Of a DNA stretch of 53,728 nucleotides, positions 29,530-40,218 are shown one piece after another (the stretch's first letter is position 1; the number at the start of each line of letters is the position of its first letter). The notes below the pieces were generated by a model, which did no database searches, had not been told where the DNA came from, and saw only the letters and a program-made list of their open reading frames with translations. The position numbers and the translations under genes are program-made. Origin of the DNA: Thermomicrobium sp. (GTDB lineage Bacteria; Chloroflexota; Chloroflexia; Thermomicrobiales; Thermomicrobiaceae); NCBI GenBank assembly GCA_034435855.1, contig DAOTWO010000347.1:1-53728 (forward strand), written 5' to 3'.

Positions 29530-30906
29530 GTGAAACAGACAATAACCGTCCGCACGCCGGACGGAAAACAGCGTGACCTTCCGCCCGACCAAGTCAATCG
29601 TCTCCGTGCATCGTTAAGCGGTTCACTTTTGGATCGGAACTCGAGCGGCTATGAGGAGGCTCGCCGCGTCTGGAATGGCATGATCGACCGTTACCCTGCG
29701 CTGATCGCGTGCTGTACAAGCACCGAGGATGTGCAGCGTGTCGTCACCTTTGCTCATGAGCACCAGGCGATCCTTGCAGTGCGAGGTGGTGGACACAGCT
29801 TCCCTGGCTACTCCACGTGTGACGATGGCATTGTCTTGGATCTCTCACCAATGCGCCAGGTCTACGTGGACGCGGTCATGAGGACAGCACGGGCCGAGTC
29901 CGGTCTCCGTTGGGGTGACCTCGATGCAGCCACTCAGCAGCACGGACTGGTCCTTACCGGTGGTCAGATCTCACACACCGGCATTGCTGGCCTCACACTT
30001 GGCGGTGGTATAGGCTGGCTGGCACGAGCGTTTGGCCTCACCATCGATCACCTCCAGGGCGCAGATGTTGTGACAGCTGACGGCCAGCTTCGCCGCGCTG
30101 CACTAGATGCGGATGCCGACCTCTTTTGGGCAATCCGGGGCGGCGGCGGGACCTTTGGCGTGGTTACCGCGTTCGACTACGCGCTGAACCCGCTGGAGCC
30201 TCAGGTTACCGTGCTCCAAATAGCCTTTCCAATTCACGAAGCAGCCAATGTGTTCCAAGCAGGCGAGGCACTACTTGCCGCCGCTCCCGATTCAGTGTCT
30301 GCCACCTTTGCTTTTGTGAGAACACCGGAGGGCATGCCACTCGCTGCATTGACAGTCGTGGCCATAGACCCGCCGGACGATGCAGTGCAACGACTCGAGC
30401 CGTTTCGCCATATCGGGCCAGCAGTCTTCGAAGAGATCGTCACTACACCCTATACCGCGCTGCAGCGTATGCTCGATGAGGTCGCTGCGGTAGGACTCCG
30501 CTACTATATGAATCGAACTCCAGAGGTCGTTGGGCCGCTGGCCGCTCATTATGAGGAGGCACCATCACCGGGGAGCCTTGTTCTCTTTGTCAGGCTGGGT
30601 GGCGCCGTTGCACATGTAGCACCAGAGGAAACCGCATTTGCGCATCGCTCCTTTCCATGGTCTTTGACTGCCCTCGCGATCTGGCGGGATCCAGGAACAG
30701 ATGAGGCAAATCGCAACTGGATCGAACGGACATGGAGCAGCTTACCTGCGCTTCCACAAGCAGTGTATGTCAATGAACTCGAGGAGGAAGGATCAGCGAG
30801 AGTTCGTGCTGCCTATGGCATGAACTACGCACGGCTAACCGCACTGAAGAAGCGATACGATTCCGATAATCTTTTCCGCCGAAACCAAGATATCCCCCCT
30901 GCCTGA
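29530..30906 (+). CDS. FAD-binding oxidoreductase (VAO/berberine-bridge family)
   Basis: WNGMIDRYPA, RGGGHS covalent FAD site, DLFWAIRGGG, YVN and KKRYDSDNLFRRN. Confidence 0.92.
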   Translation: MKQTITVRTPDGKQRDLPPDQVNRLRASLSGSLLDRNSSGYEEARRVWNGMIDRYPALIACCTSTEDVQRVVTFAHEHQAILAVRGGGHSFPGYSTCDDGIVLDLSPMRQVYVDAVMRTARAESGLRWGDLDAATQQHGLVLTGGQISHTGIAGLTLGGGIGWLARAFGLTIDHLQGADVVTADGQLRRAALDADADLFWAIRGGGGTFGVVTAFDYALNPLEPQVTVLQIAFPIHEAANVFQAGEALLAAAPDSVSATFAFVRTPEGMPLAALTVVAIDPPDDAVQRLEPFRHIGPAVFEEIVTTPYTALQRMLDEVAAVGLRYYMNRTPEVVGPLAAHYEEAPSPGSLVLFVRLGGAVAHVAPEETAFAHRSFPWSLTALAIWRDPGTDEANRNWIERTWSSLPALPQAVYVNELEEEGSARVRAAYGMNYARLTALKKRYDSDNLFRRNQDIPPA

Positions 30907-30973
30907 AGTTGCGGGCTGGTTCTTGGTAGTGCTGATGCTCCTTGGCCGATTCTGGGAGGGAGCTCCCCCAGAA

Positions 30974-32116
30974 TCAGCCGCCAAGTGCCACGCCAAAGAG
31001 TCGGCCGACACCAAAGGTGATCGCGGCTGCAGTGAGTCCAATGAGCACCTGTCGCAGTCCTGAGCGGAGCGCGCTCCGACCAGTGATGACGGTGATGCCT
31101 GCGCCCAGTGCGAACAGGGCGATCGCACTCAATCCCACGCTCAAGGCAGCAGCCTGAAGCCCTCCCATCACAAGATACGGAAGCACCGGCACAATTGCGC
31201 CGACGGAAAACAGCGCAAAGGAGGCGATAGCGGCCTCCCATGCTGAGCCCCCAAGTTCCTCCGGATCGATGGCCAGTTCCTCGCGCACCAGCGTCTCGAG
31301 GGCAGGTGCACCTTCGCGGATTAAACGGTCAGCCAGCTGGCGAGCTGTCTCGGCTGGAACCCCCTTGGCCCGATAGATGAGTTCGAGTTCCTCGCGCTCC
31401 TCTTCGGGGAACGCGATCAGCTCCTCACGCTCAATGCGAATCTGATGCTCGTAGAGTTCTCGCGCACTCTGCACCGAAAGCCATTCCCCCATGGCCATCG
31501 AAAGTGAACCTGCCAGTAACCCCGCAATCCCAGTCAGCAGGATGGTGCGTGGAGCGAGATCAGCTCCTGCCACGCCCATCACGAGACTCAGGTTCGATAC
31601 CAAGCCATCGTTTGCGCCGAGCACTGCCGCGCGAAGGGCATTCCCTCCAATCGCGCGATGGCGTCCCTCCAGCACGGCCAGTGCGCTCCCTGGCAACCCG
31701 CTCGGTCGCTCGCGTCCAATCAGCTGCAAGATGCGAGCATGCTGGTGTTCTGCCTCCGGCAGGCCTGCGTTTGCGGCTTCTGCTTGAGCGTCATACTTCG
31801 CCTGGTCTGCCCACTCCCGAGCGGTCACAGTCGGTAGCACAAGAGTGGGACCAAATCGCCGTGCAATCCAGATCAGCACGCGCGTACGCCAGCTTGGGCG
31901 CGTGGACGAAATCGTAACGCCGGCTTCCGAGAGCTTCTGCCGCCAGAAGTCCGCGTGCTGTTGTTCCATCTCTGCGAGGCGGCGAAAGACTTCCCGGAGC
32001 TCTGGTGAGATCTCTGTCTCTGACAGCGCCGTGTACAGGGTGGCGCTGTCCACTTCGTCTTGGAAATTCCGGCGATAGCGTGCAAGTGCTGCGCGATTCG
32101 AACCCATGGCTCCCAC
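30974..32116 (-). CDS. VIT1/CCC1 transporter with N-terminal ferritin/rubrerythrin-like domain (MbfA-like metal exporter)
   Basis: E...EQQH...E...EHQH di-iron pattern; LRAAVLGANDGLVSN and SMAMGEWLSV. Confidence 0.92.
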   Translation of the reverse strand: MGAMGSNRAALARYRRNFQDEVDSATLYTALSETEISPELREVFRRLAEMEQQHADFWRQKLSEAGVTISSTRPSWRTRVLIWIARRFGPTLVLPTVTAREWADQAKYDAQAEAANAGLPEAEHQHARILQLIGRERPSGLPGSALAVLEGRHRAIGGNALRAAVLGANDGLVSNLSLVMGVAGADLAPRTILLTGIAGLLAGSLSMAMGEWLSVQSARELYEHQIRIEREELIAFPEEEREELELIYRAKGVPAETARQLADRLIREGAPALETLVREELAIDPEELGGSAWEAAIASFALFSVGAIVPVLPYLVMGGLQAAALSVGLSAIALFALGAGITVITGRSALRSGLRQVLIGLTAAAITFGVGRLFGVALGG

Positions 32117-32191
32117 CCTTCCCCTCGTCGCCTATTTCGACAGTACCATTGGCCGGGCATCGTGTGGAGTGTGTACCGACTGGGGGTGGGG

Positions 32192-32938
32192 ATGGAGTTC
32201 GCTGACTTTTGGACGCGGACGAGTGGGACTTGGATCAATGCGGCCACAGTCGCGCTTGGGACCACTTTTGGCCTGCTCCTGCACGGTCGACTTCCCGAGC
32301 GGATGCAGCGGATCACCGTGCAGGGAGTGGGGCTGGTCACCGTCTTCATCGCGCTCTCGATGGCCGGAAGCCTTGCCCGTGCGACGGTCGGACGCCTTGA
32401 TGGAGTCGTGCTGGGGCTCCTGACATTGGTCATCGGGGGGCTCCTCGGCGAGTGGTGGCGCCTTGAAGAAGTGCTCGAAGGACTCGGCAATTGGATCAAA
32501 CGACGAGTCGGTGGCAGCGGGGCCTTCACCGAAGGCTTCGTGGCAGCCAGCTTGCTCTTCTGCGTCGGCCCGATGACCTTGATCGGTTCGCTCAATAATG
32601 GTCTCACCGGTGATGCGACGCTGCTCGTCATTAAGGCAACGTTGGACGGCCTCTCGAGTGTTGCGCTTGCCAGTGCCTACGGCATCGGGGTTGGTTTCTC
32701 CATTCTGGTCATTCTTCTGTACCAAGGTGGAGTCTCGCTTGCCGCCGGTGCGTTGGCGCAGGTGCTCCCAGATCCGGCCAACGACCCTCGTATCCTTCTC
32801 GTCACAGGAGTTGGGGGGATCATGATGATCGGTATTGCGCTGAATCTCCTTGGGTTGGGTCGGGTTCGCGTTGCCTCATTTTTGCCAGCGCTCGCTCTCG
32901 GTCCGCTGATTTCAGCGATTGCGCATTGGATCAACTGA
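32192..32938 (+). CDS. DUF554 family membrane protein
   Basis: GTWINAATV, GFVAASLLFCVGPM and KATLDG. Confidence 0.9.
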   Translation: MEFADFWTRTSGTWINAATVALGTTFGLLLHGRLPERMQRITVQGVGLVTVFIALSMAGSLARATVGRLDGVVLGLLTLVIGGLLGEWWRLEEVLEGLGNWIKRRVGGSGAFTEGFVAASLLFCVGPMTLIGSLNNGLTGDATLLVIKATLDGLSSVALASAYGIGVGFSILVILLYQGGVSLAAGALAQVLPDPANDPRILLVTGVGGIMMIGIALNLLGLGRVRVASFLPALALGPLISAIAHWIN

Positions 32939-32960
32939 TCGCACTCCCCAATCATCGTGC

Positions 32961-34403
32961 TCACTGCGTATAGATCGTCACTGTCGCAAGCGCAACCCAC
33001 GGTTCTTCCCCAAACTCACCGGGGGTCGCGAGTGACAGGCTGACTTGGAGTTGCGGGCTATCAAGCAAGTATGGCTTGTCGATCACCCATGCAACCGTCG
33101 CCCATTCGCCGTGTGGGAAAGGACTGGCTCCTTCCCAGACTGTAAGTCCATTGATTCCGATCCGTAACACCGGCATGAGCCGTCCTTGGTTCGTCATTCC
33201 CTCCGCGACGATGACCAGTCGCTGCGCAGGCGTGGGTGTGTTCAGCCAGATGCGGCCATTGCTGGCACCGCTCTGGAGCCCGTAGAGGACGCCAGCGTTG
33301 GCAGGCAACCCGAGTTCTGCGGTTGCACCGCTACTCGCCGGCGCAGATCCTGCAAGTCCGTTTCCAGGAAACGGATAGGCGGTCATTGCGCCGAGCAGCC
33401 CGCCGACTGTCGACAACGGCACCGGCTGCCCGGCCCGTGCCATTGGGGGTAAGGTTTGCCACGGATCGGGTGTCGGCGATGGGGTCGGGGTTGGTGTGGG
33501 CGTTGGTGATGGAGGAGGCGTCGGCGATGGCTCCAGCGAAGCGGTCGGTGTCGGAGTAGGTTCGGACCGAGAATTGCGGCCCTCTTCAGGCAGAGGAGAG
33601 TGCCAACTGGTCACGGGAGTCGGTGCTGGAGCAACTGGCACGACGGGAGAGCTCGGTTCGGGTGAGAGTAGTGCTGGCACTGTCACGGTGGGTGTGGGCG
33701 TTGGTGTTGGTTCGCGTGTCGGCGTTAGCGAGGGGTGTGGCGCTGGAGTTGGTGTGGGAGTGGTGGCACGGCTGACCGACAAGCCGGGAAGTTGCGGTAG
33801 TTGTGCCGGAGCAGGGAATGGAGTAGGTGTCGGCGTCGCGCGCTCGGTGCGTAGCGTGAAGGCCGGTGCGGAGGTAGTCACGCGTTGCCCTGCGTCAGCT
33901 GTCGGTCGGTTGCCACCGAGTGTACCGGCCAGCGCGATCCCGGCCCAAAGTCCGCCGATGAGCGCGGCCGTTGTCACGGCGACAGCAATGGGACGCCGCA
34001 CCAATTCGGCAAGACGTGCGGTGAATCCTGGATGCTTGGTAGATGCCCGGAGATGGCCCCCTTCAGAAGACTCATATGGTGCCTTCACGCTTGGTGCGCG
34101 TGGAGCTTGTGGTCGCGCTTGCTCGCGCTGAAACTGCTGCTGTGCAAGCAGCTCCAGAAGGTGGGTTCCGACGGCTGGTGTGGGTTGCCCATGCACGCTT
34201 CGAAAGTGCGGGCAACGCTCGTAGGATCCAAGGCAGTAGGATGCTTGCCAAGCCAAATCCGACAAGGGCCGATGATCGGCGCGGCAGAGTCGCTGTTGTC
34301 CAAGTGAGAGAGCGTGCGCTTCAGGATCGGTCAGTAATCGGAAGTACGGGCAGGCTGGCCGTCGCTGGGCCGCCGGATCATCCTGCTGAGCCTCAGCGAT
34401 CAT
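32961..34403 (-). CDS. Hypothetical single-pass membrane protein with N-terminal Cys cluster, Pro/Thr-rich linker and extracellular domain
   Basis: CPYF...LC...YCL...CPHF; one TM helix; long PT repeats; AAGGA RBS. Confidence 0.7.
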   Translation of the reverse strand: MIAEAQQDDPAAQRRPACPYFRLLTDPEAHALSLGQQRLCRADHRPLSDLAWQASYCLGSYERCPHFRSVHGQPTPAVGTHLLELLAQQQFQREQARPQAPRAPSVKAPYESSEGGHLRASTKHPGFTARLAELVRRPIAVAVTTAALIGGLWAGIALAGTLGGNRPTADAGQRVTTSAPAFTLRTERATPTPTPFPAPAQLPQLPGLSVSRATTPTPTPAPHPSLTPTREPTPTPTPTVTVPALLSPEPSSPVVPVAPAPTPVTSWHSPLPEEGRNSRSEPTPTPTASLEPSPTPPPSPTPTPTPTPSPTPDPWQTLPPMARAGQPVPLSTVGGLLGAMTAYPFPGNGLAGSAPASSGATAELGLPANAGVLYGLQSGASNGRIWLNTPTPAQRLVIVAEGMTNQGRLMPVLRIGINGLTVWEGASPFPHGEWATVAWVIDKPYLLDSPQLQVSLSLATPGEFGEEPWVALATVTIYTQ

Positions 34404-34781
34404 CCTGCTGTCCTTTCGGCATCGGCGCGTGGTTCGCGACCATCGTGCTACGCTCCATTCACTCTCGGGTGTACTGTGCCAGCCTCTTGGTGGGAAGGGG
34501 GAATGGGGTCCCAAAACCAGTGGTGACAACGGGCTTGCGAAGCATGGACTCACTGGTATGGTGGCCGCTGTCACGGGAGATGCCTGGTGACTATGCAATG
34601 GCTACCACACCTGGAGTGCTGAAGACACCCCCTGGAGAGGCTTCCGCGCACACCTGCGATGTCGCTGTGCTCGGGCATGCCTCGTCGGCTAGCCGACGAG
34701 GCGTCTGGGGAGGAGTGGGTGGTCTCTTGAACCCAGAACGTCTATCGCCATGTGGGAATCGAGAGCCAACAACCCAACGTC

Positions 34782-36386
34782 TCAGTCCACGGTGCCCCAG
34801 CCACCGCCACCAGGCGTCTCGATGCGGATCCGGTCGCCGAGACGCACCGTCAGGCGCTGCTTGCCTCGCAGGATGATGGTCTCCTCGTGACCGTTGGCAT
34901 CTCGGCGGATCAAGAGGTTACGCCCGGTCATACCTGGCTCTCCTCCCTGCAGGCCCCACGGGGCGAACCGACGGCGTTCACTGAGCAAGGTCACCTCGGC
35001 CTCGGTGAGGAACTCAAGCTCACGGATCAGACCGTTGCCTCCACGGAAACGACCACGCCCACCGGAGCCCTCACGGAGTGCGTACTGCGTGACGCGCAGC
35101 GGGTAGGCATATTCCAGCGCTTCTACCGGCGTATTCCGCGTGTTGCTCATGTGGACATGGACGGCGGAGAGACCGTCCAGTCCTGGCCGTGCGCCCATCC
35201 CACCGCCGAGGGTCTCGTAGTACGCGAACTGCTGTCCATTACGCGGATCGATTCCGCCGATGGTTACATTGTTCATCGTGCCTTGACTTGCTGCTGGGAT
35301 TAGGTCGGGGAGTGCCTGGGCGAGCGCCCCGAAGAGAACATCGACAATCCGCTGGGAGGTTTCGACATTGCCGCCTGCGACGGCGCGCTGCGGTCGCGCG
35401 TTGACCACGGTGCCGCGTGGTGCGATGACCCGTACCGCGCGGAAGACGCCATGGTTCATGGGCGCATCCTCTGGCATTAAGCAGCGGAGGACGTAATACA
35501 CTGCAGATTTGGTGACCGTCTCTACTGTGTTGACGCTACCGGGTCGTTCGGGGGCCGTGCCTGAGAAGTCGACAACCAGCGTCTCGCCGTCGACCGTCAC
35601 CGTGACCGTGATGGGCACAGGCTCATCGTTCGTCCCGTCGTCGTCCAGATAGTCAGTGAAGCGGTAAGTACCAGGTGGAATCATACGGATGGCCTGGCGA
35701 GCCAGCCGCTCACCGTAATCGAGGACGGCACGGCTGAGGCCCCGGTACCGGACAGACCCGTAGCGACCCACCACTTCACGCAGGCGGCGGATGCCGGTAC
35801 GGTTTGCTGCGTACTGCGCAAGGAGGTCTCCGTGACGCTCGTCCGGTGTCCGCACGTTGCGCAAGAGGAGGGCGAGCACAGCCTGGTTGAGTCTGCCACC
35901 CTCCCACAGCTTGATCGGAGGGATGATGATCCCCTCTTGAAAGAGTTCGGTGGCGATCGGCATGGAACCAGGGCTGATCCCTCCAACATCAGCGTGGTGA
36001 GCACGGTTGGCTACGAAGCCAAGGAGCTCGCTTGTCGGGTCATCGGTGAGAAAAACGGGACTCACCATTGTGATGTCGGGGAGATGATTCCCCCCGAGAT
36101 ATGGGTCGTTGACGATCACGACGTCTCCCGGAACGAACGGCGCGCACTGCTCGAGTACGGCGTGAACGGAGTCGGGCATGGAGCCCAGGTGTGCCGGGAT
36201 GTGCGCGGCCTGGGCGATCATCTGACCTTCGGGATCAAAGACGGCACAAGAGAAGTCCAAACGTTCCTTGATATTCGGCGAGTAGCTGGACCGCTGCAGT
36301 GCTGCTCCCATCTCTTCGGCGATCGCGCTGAGCGCTGCATGAAAGACAGCAAGTGAGATCGGGTCGACCGTATCAGAATCCACCAT
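34782..36386 (-). CDS. Hydantoinase B / 5-oxoprolinase subunit
   Basis: SPNIKERLDFSCA, HIPAHLGSM, NDPYLGGNHLPD, HHADVGG and ETPGGGGWG. Confidence 0.95.
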   Translation of the reverse strand: MVDSDTVDPISLAVFHAALSAIAEEMGAALQRSSYSPNIKERLDFSCAVFDPEGQMIAQAAHIPAHLGSMPDSVHAVLEQCAPFVPGDVVIVNDPYLGGNHLPDITMVSPVFLTDDPTSELLGFVANRAHHADVGGISPGSMPIATELFQEGIIIPPIKLWEGGRLNQAVLALLLRNVRTPDERHGDLLAQYAANRTGIRRLREVVGRYGSVRYRGLSRAVLDYGERLARQAIRMIPPGTYRFTDYLDDDGTNDEPVPITVTVTVDGETLVVDFSGTAPERPGSVNTVETVTKSAVYYVLRCLMPEDAPMNHGVFRAVRVIAPRGTVVNARPQRAVAGGNVETSQRIVDVLFGALAQALPDLIPAASQGTMNNVTIGGIDPRNGQQFAYYETLGGGMGARPGLDGLSAVHVHMSNTRNTPVEALEYAYPLRVTQYALREGSGGRGRFRGGNGLIRELEFLTEAEVTLLSERRRFAPWGLQGGEPGMTGRNLLIRRDANGHEETIILRGKQRLTVRLGDRIRIETPGGGGWGTVD

Positions 36387-36399
36387 TGGGGTACCTCCC

Positions 36400-38427
36400 T
36401 CATGCACCGGTGTGGCGGCGAGTTTCAACCTCGCGACTGCGGAGCACAATGTTCTCGTTTCCGTCGACGACACCACGCCAGCCTGGTGGAATAACGACAG
36501 TCGAGTCGTACTGTGTCACGAGCGCAGGACCGACGAGAATGGCTCCGGGCCCTAGTTGCTCACGCTCAAAACGTGGTACGCGTGTGCGCACAGGGTTGCC
36601 ATGGAGCTCGAAAATCACGCTGCGTTCATCGATGGGAGTCGGTTCCCAGGGTTGAGGTGTGGCGGCTGGTTCGGAGGAGATTCGACGCGCAGGGACGATG
36701 ACGCGCAGTCGTACGTTGACCACGGTGACCGGTTCGGTCACCTGGGCGTAACCGTAGAGTCGTTCGTGGAGCTTGTGGAAGTCACGGATGGCTGCTCGCA
36801 AATCTCCGCCGAAAGGGACGGTGAGTTCATAGGATTGGCCGCGATACCGAAGGTCGAGTGCCGGTTGAAGGGTGGCATCGCTCGGCGAGATTCCGTCCTG
36901 GGAAAGCTCACGAACCGCCTGGGTGGTGAGATCGGCCAGCGCCGACGTGAGAGGACTGTCGGCGGATTCGGCGGTGACCATCAGGGTGCGCAGGTAGTCG
37001 CGAAGGAGGTCGGCGGTGAGGAGGCCAAGTGCTGAGAGTGTTCCTGGTGTGGGTGGGATGATCACCACTGGGATATGTAGCTTGGAAGCGAGCCGGCACC
37101 CGACCATCGGCCCCGCCCCCCCAAAGGCAACCAACGCATACTCCCGCGGATCTTCCCCACGCCCGACCGACACAACCCGGATCGCTCCCTCCATGTTCGC
37201 CTCGGCGACTTCCATGATCCCCAGTGCCGCTTCTTCCTCGCTCTTCCTCAGCACGTCTGCTATCCGCCTCACAACGCGCCGTGCCGCGTCTCTCTCCAGT
37301 TCCATCGCTCCACCAAGGAATGCATCTGGTATCAGCCACCCCAGCACCACCGCTGCATCGGTCACCGTTGGCTCTTCTCCGCCTCTCCCATATGCTGCTG
37401 GACCAGGATTCGCACCAGCCGATTGCGGTCCGACGCGCAACACCCCACCCCCATCGAACCACGCGATCGAACCCCCACCTGCTCCAACCGTATGAATATC
37501 AAGCATCGGCATACGTACAGGAAAGTCGCCAATCGTCCCCTCGCTCCGCTCGCGCGGTGCCCGATCAATGAGACACACGTCGGTCGACGTACCTCCCATG
37601 TCAAAGCTAATCACCCGATCGAAGCCAGCACTCCATGCTACCGCCCTTGCCCCTACCACCCCGGCGGCTGGTCCCGAGAGTAGCGTGCGGACCGCCTCCC
37701 GCGCCGCTGTCCGACTGTTCAAAACTCCACCATTCGATTGCATGACACGCAACACAACCCGCGGCGGAAGGGCGCTTGCCAACCGCTCCAAGTACCTCCC
37801 CATAAGGGGGCCCACGTAGGCATTCAGCACCGTCGTCGATGTACGCTCGTATTCTCGATACTCTGGTAAAACCTCATGCGAAGCCGAGACCCAGAACCCC
37901 GCCTCACGCAGTAACTCGGCAGCCCGTCTCTCGTGCGTCGGGTTGGCAAACGCGAAAAGGAAGCAAACCGCGACAGACTCGATCCCAGCAGCACGGAACT
38001 CCCCAATCGCTTGTCGGACGTCTTCCTCGTTAAGCGGAACGAGTACTCGCCCGCATTCGTCCAGCCGCTCCCGGACCTCGAGTCGCCATTCCCGCGGAAC
38101 GAGCGGTGACGGCTTGACCTGCCGGAGGTCGTAGAGTCGTGGTCGATTTTGTCGACCAATCTCCAAAACATCGCGGAATCCGGCAGTCGTCAACAACCCG
38201 GTTCGTGCTCCTTTCCGCTCCAACACCGCATTCGTCGCCACCGTCGAGCCGTGCACGAGCAGTTCGAGCCGGTCGTGCACGCCAAGCGCTTCCAGTCCGC
38301 GGAGAATCGCGCGGGTTGGATCGTCTGGCGTGGACAGCTCTTTGTGCACGACAATCCGCTCACCATCCAAGACGACGAAGTCAGTGAATGTTCCCCCTGT
38401 GTCAACTCCGACGACGACCATTGCCAC
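36400..38427 (-). CDS. Hydantoinase A / 5-oxoprolinase subunit
   Basis: DTGGTFTD, HGSTVATN, SGPAAG, DMGGTSTD, GAGGGS and FGGAGPM. Confidence 0.95.
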   Translation of the reverse strand: MAMVVVGVDTGGTFTDFVVLDGERIVVHKELSTPDDPTRAILRGLEALGVHDRLELLVHGSTVATNAVLERKGARTGLLTTAGFRDVLEIGRQNRPRLYDLRQVKPSPLVPREWRLEVRERLDECGRVLVPLNEEDVRQAIGEFRAAGIESVAVCFLFAFANPTHERRAAELLREAGFWVSASHEVLPEYREYERTSTTVLNAYVGPLMGRYLERLASALPPRVVLRVMQSNGGVLNSRTAAREAVRTLLSGPAAGVVGARAVAWSAGFDRVISFDMGGTSTDVCLIDRAPRERSEGTIGDFPVRMPMLDIHTVGAGGGSIAWFDGGGVLRVGPQSAGANPGPAAYGRGGEEPTVTDAAVVLGWLIPDAFLGGAMELERDAARRVVRRIADVLRKSEEEAALGIMEVAEANMEGAIRVVSVGRGEDPREYALVAFGGAGPMVGCRLASKLHIPVVIIPPTPGTLSALGLLTADLLRDYLRTLMVTAESADSPLTSALADLTTQAVRELSQDGISPSDATLQPALDLRYRGQSYELTVPFGGDLRAAIRDFHKLHERLYGYAQVTEPVTVVNVRLRVIVPARRISSEPAATPQPWEPTPIDERSVIFELHGNPVRTRVPRFEREQLGPGAILVGPALVTQYDSTVVIPPGWRGVVDGNENIVLRSREVETRRHTGA

Positions 38428-39171
38428 CCCATCTTTCGCTCACCCACTGCAACTGGTTCACTCTCCCTGCCTCCGACCACAGGGACTCTCGCACCGCAAC
38501 GGTACCATTGTTCGGCTCATTCTCCGGCGAAAGCGCGGACAAATGCCCTTTATCGCACAGCACGTCGATGCAGTTTCCTTCAGTATTCGGATCTACCCTA
38601 TCTTCGCCATGGTACCGTATGAGGCGAGTATTTCCGGACAAAGCAGGCCTCCCGCCCTTTGACGCAAACCTGGTGGAGCACCACTCAAAGCGTCTGGAAA
38701 CGACCGAGACACTTGACCGACGGCTGCACATTCGTATTGGCAGTCGGGCATCAGCATGCCGATATTTGGATCGACTTCGTCATGCAACGCTCTCCGACAT
38801 GATCAGACGGCGAGCACACCAAAGACACGACCGGAATTTTCCTCCCAAGCACATCTCGCTGGACGTTATACGCATCACACCAACGCTCTCGGCGAGACAG
38901 TGCTCCCTTGCTACCCACCCTGGCCACCCGCACCGCGCCGTGCAGTACCGCAGCTCGGTCGACGAGGGCCGAAGCGCCCGCCGATGGACCTCCCACCTTC
39001 CACGAAGAGATCGCGACCTTCCCCTGAAGTACTGGGAGATTCGGAGGCTATAGCCACTTCTCGCAGGCAAACGAGTCGCGTCAGACGAGCCCAGTCCACT
39101 GTTCCGGAGGCCGTGGGAGAGCGCTACAATGATCGCAGTGAACTATCCGGACGACGAGAAAGGGATGGACG

Positions 39172-40014
39172 ATGACTGAGACGTTGCGAATCGGCCTGAT
39201 CCAGATGAACTCGCGGTCGGACAAGGCACAGAATCTCGCCGTCGCTGAACGCTTGATTGCCGAGGCCGCGGCGCAAGGCGCGGAAGTGATCGCACTACCT
39301 GAGTACGTCAACTTCCTCGGGCCACGCGAGCTTCATGAGGCGAACGCTGAGCCGATTCCTGGTCCAACAACCGAGCGATTTGCCACTGCAGCACAGCGTT
39401 ATGGCATTTACCTTCTTGGCGGCTCAATTCTCGAGCGCTCCGATATTCCGGGGAAATACTTCAACACGAGTGTGCTCTTTGCACCAACTGGCGAAATTCT
39501 CGCCACCTATCGCAAGATTCACCTCTTTGATGTCGATCTTACCGGGAACGTCACGAGCAATGAGTCAGCGACAATTCTCCCCGGCGACCGTATCGTGACC
39601 GCTGAGATTGCTGGTCACACAGTTGGACTGACCATCTGCTATGATCTCCGCTTCCCCGAACTGTACCGACTACTGGCACTTGCGGGGGCCGAACTCGTCT
39701 TTGTCCCTGCGGCATTCACTCTTTATACGGGGAAGGACCACTGGCATGCCCTGCTCCGCGCCCGGGCCATCGAGAATCAGTACTACGTTGCTGCGCCAGC
39801 ACAAATCGGGCCACACGACCCCGGTCAGCAGTGTTATGGCCATGCACTCGTGGCTGACCCGTGGGGTACGGTCATCGCTGAGGCGGTCAACCGTGTCGGT
39901 GTCGTGGTGACAACTATTGACTTCGCCTACCTCCGGGAAGTCCGTGCACAGCTTCCCTCGCTTGCTAACCGCCGCCCCGAGGTGTACGGCAGTCTGGCAC
40001 TTGTCCGCTCGTGA
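39172..40014 (+). CDS. Carbon-nitrogen hydrolase (Nit1/deaminated glutathione amidase-like)
   Basis: LPE, YRKIHLFD, ICYDLRFPE and ARAIENQ: Glu-Lys-Cys triad. Confidence 0.95.
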   Translation: MTETLRIGLIQMNSRSDKAQNLAVAERLIAEAAAQGAEVIALPEYVNFLGPRELHEANAEPIPGPTTERFATAAQRYGIYLLGGSILERSDIPGKYFNTSVLFAPTGEILATYRKIHLFDVDLTGNVTSNESATILPGDRIVTAEIAGHTVGLTICYDLRFPELYRLLALAGAELVFVPAAFTLYTGKDHWHALLRARAIENQYYVAAPAQIGPHDPGQQCYGHALVADPWGTVIAEAVNRVGVVVTTIDFAYLREVRAQLPSLANRRPEVYGSLALVRS

Positions 40015-40218
40015 TCACTTGTTGTCGCTCGCGTCAGCGCATCGATCGACAGGTCTCGCGGCAATCGTTCAGAGAGAGTCGAGCCCTGCGCATTGTCACC
40101 GATCCTCGGAGCGGACCCTGCCTGGTATGCCCGTCTGGCATTGATCTGGCGCCAACTCGCCTGCCCGACCTGGCAGAATACCAAGGGTTCACAGATCCTG
40201 CGTCGGAGGAACGCTACC

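Noticed and set aside
33470..33840. GGTGTGGGCGTT-like repeats and the GV-rich 211-aa + strand ORF
   Set aside because: Antisense image of the Pro/Thr linker codons; not a CRISPR array or a separate gene.
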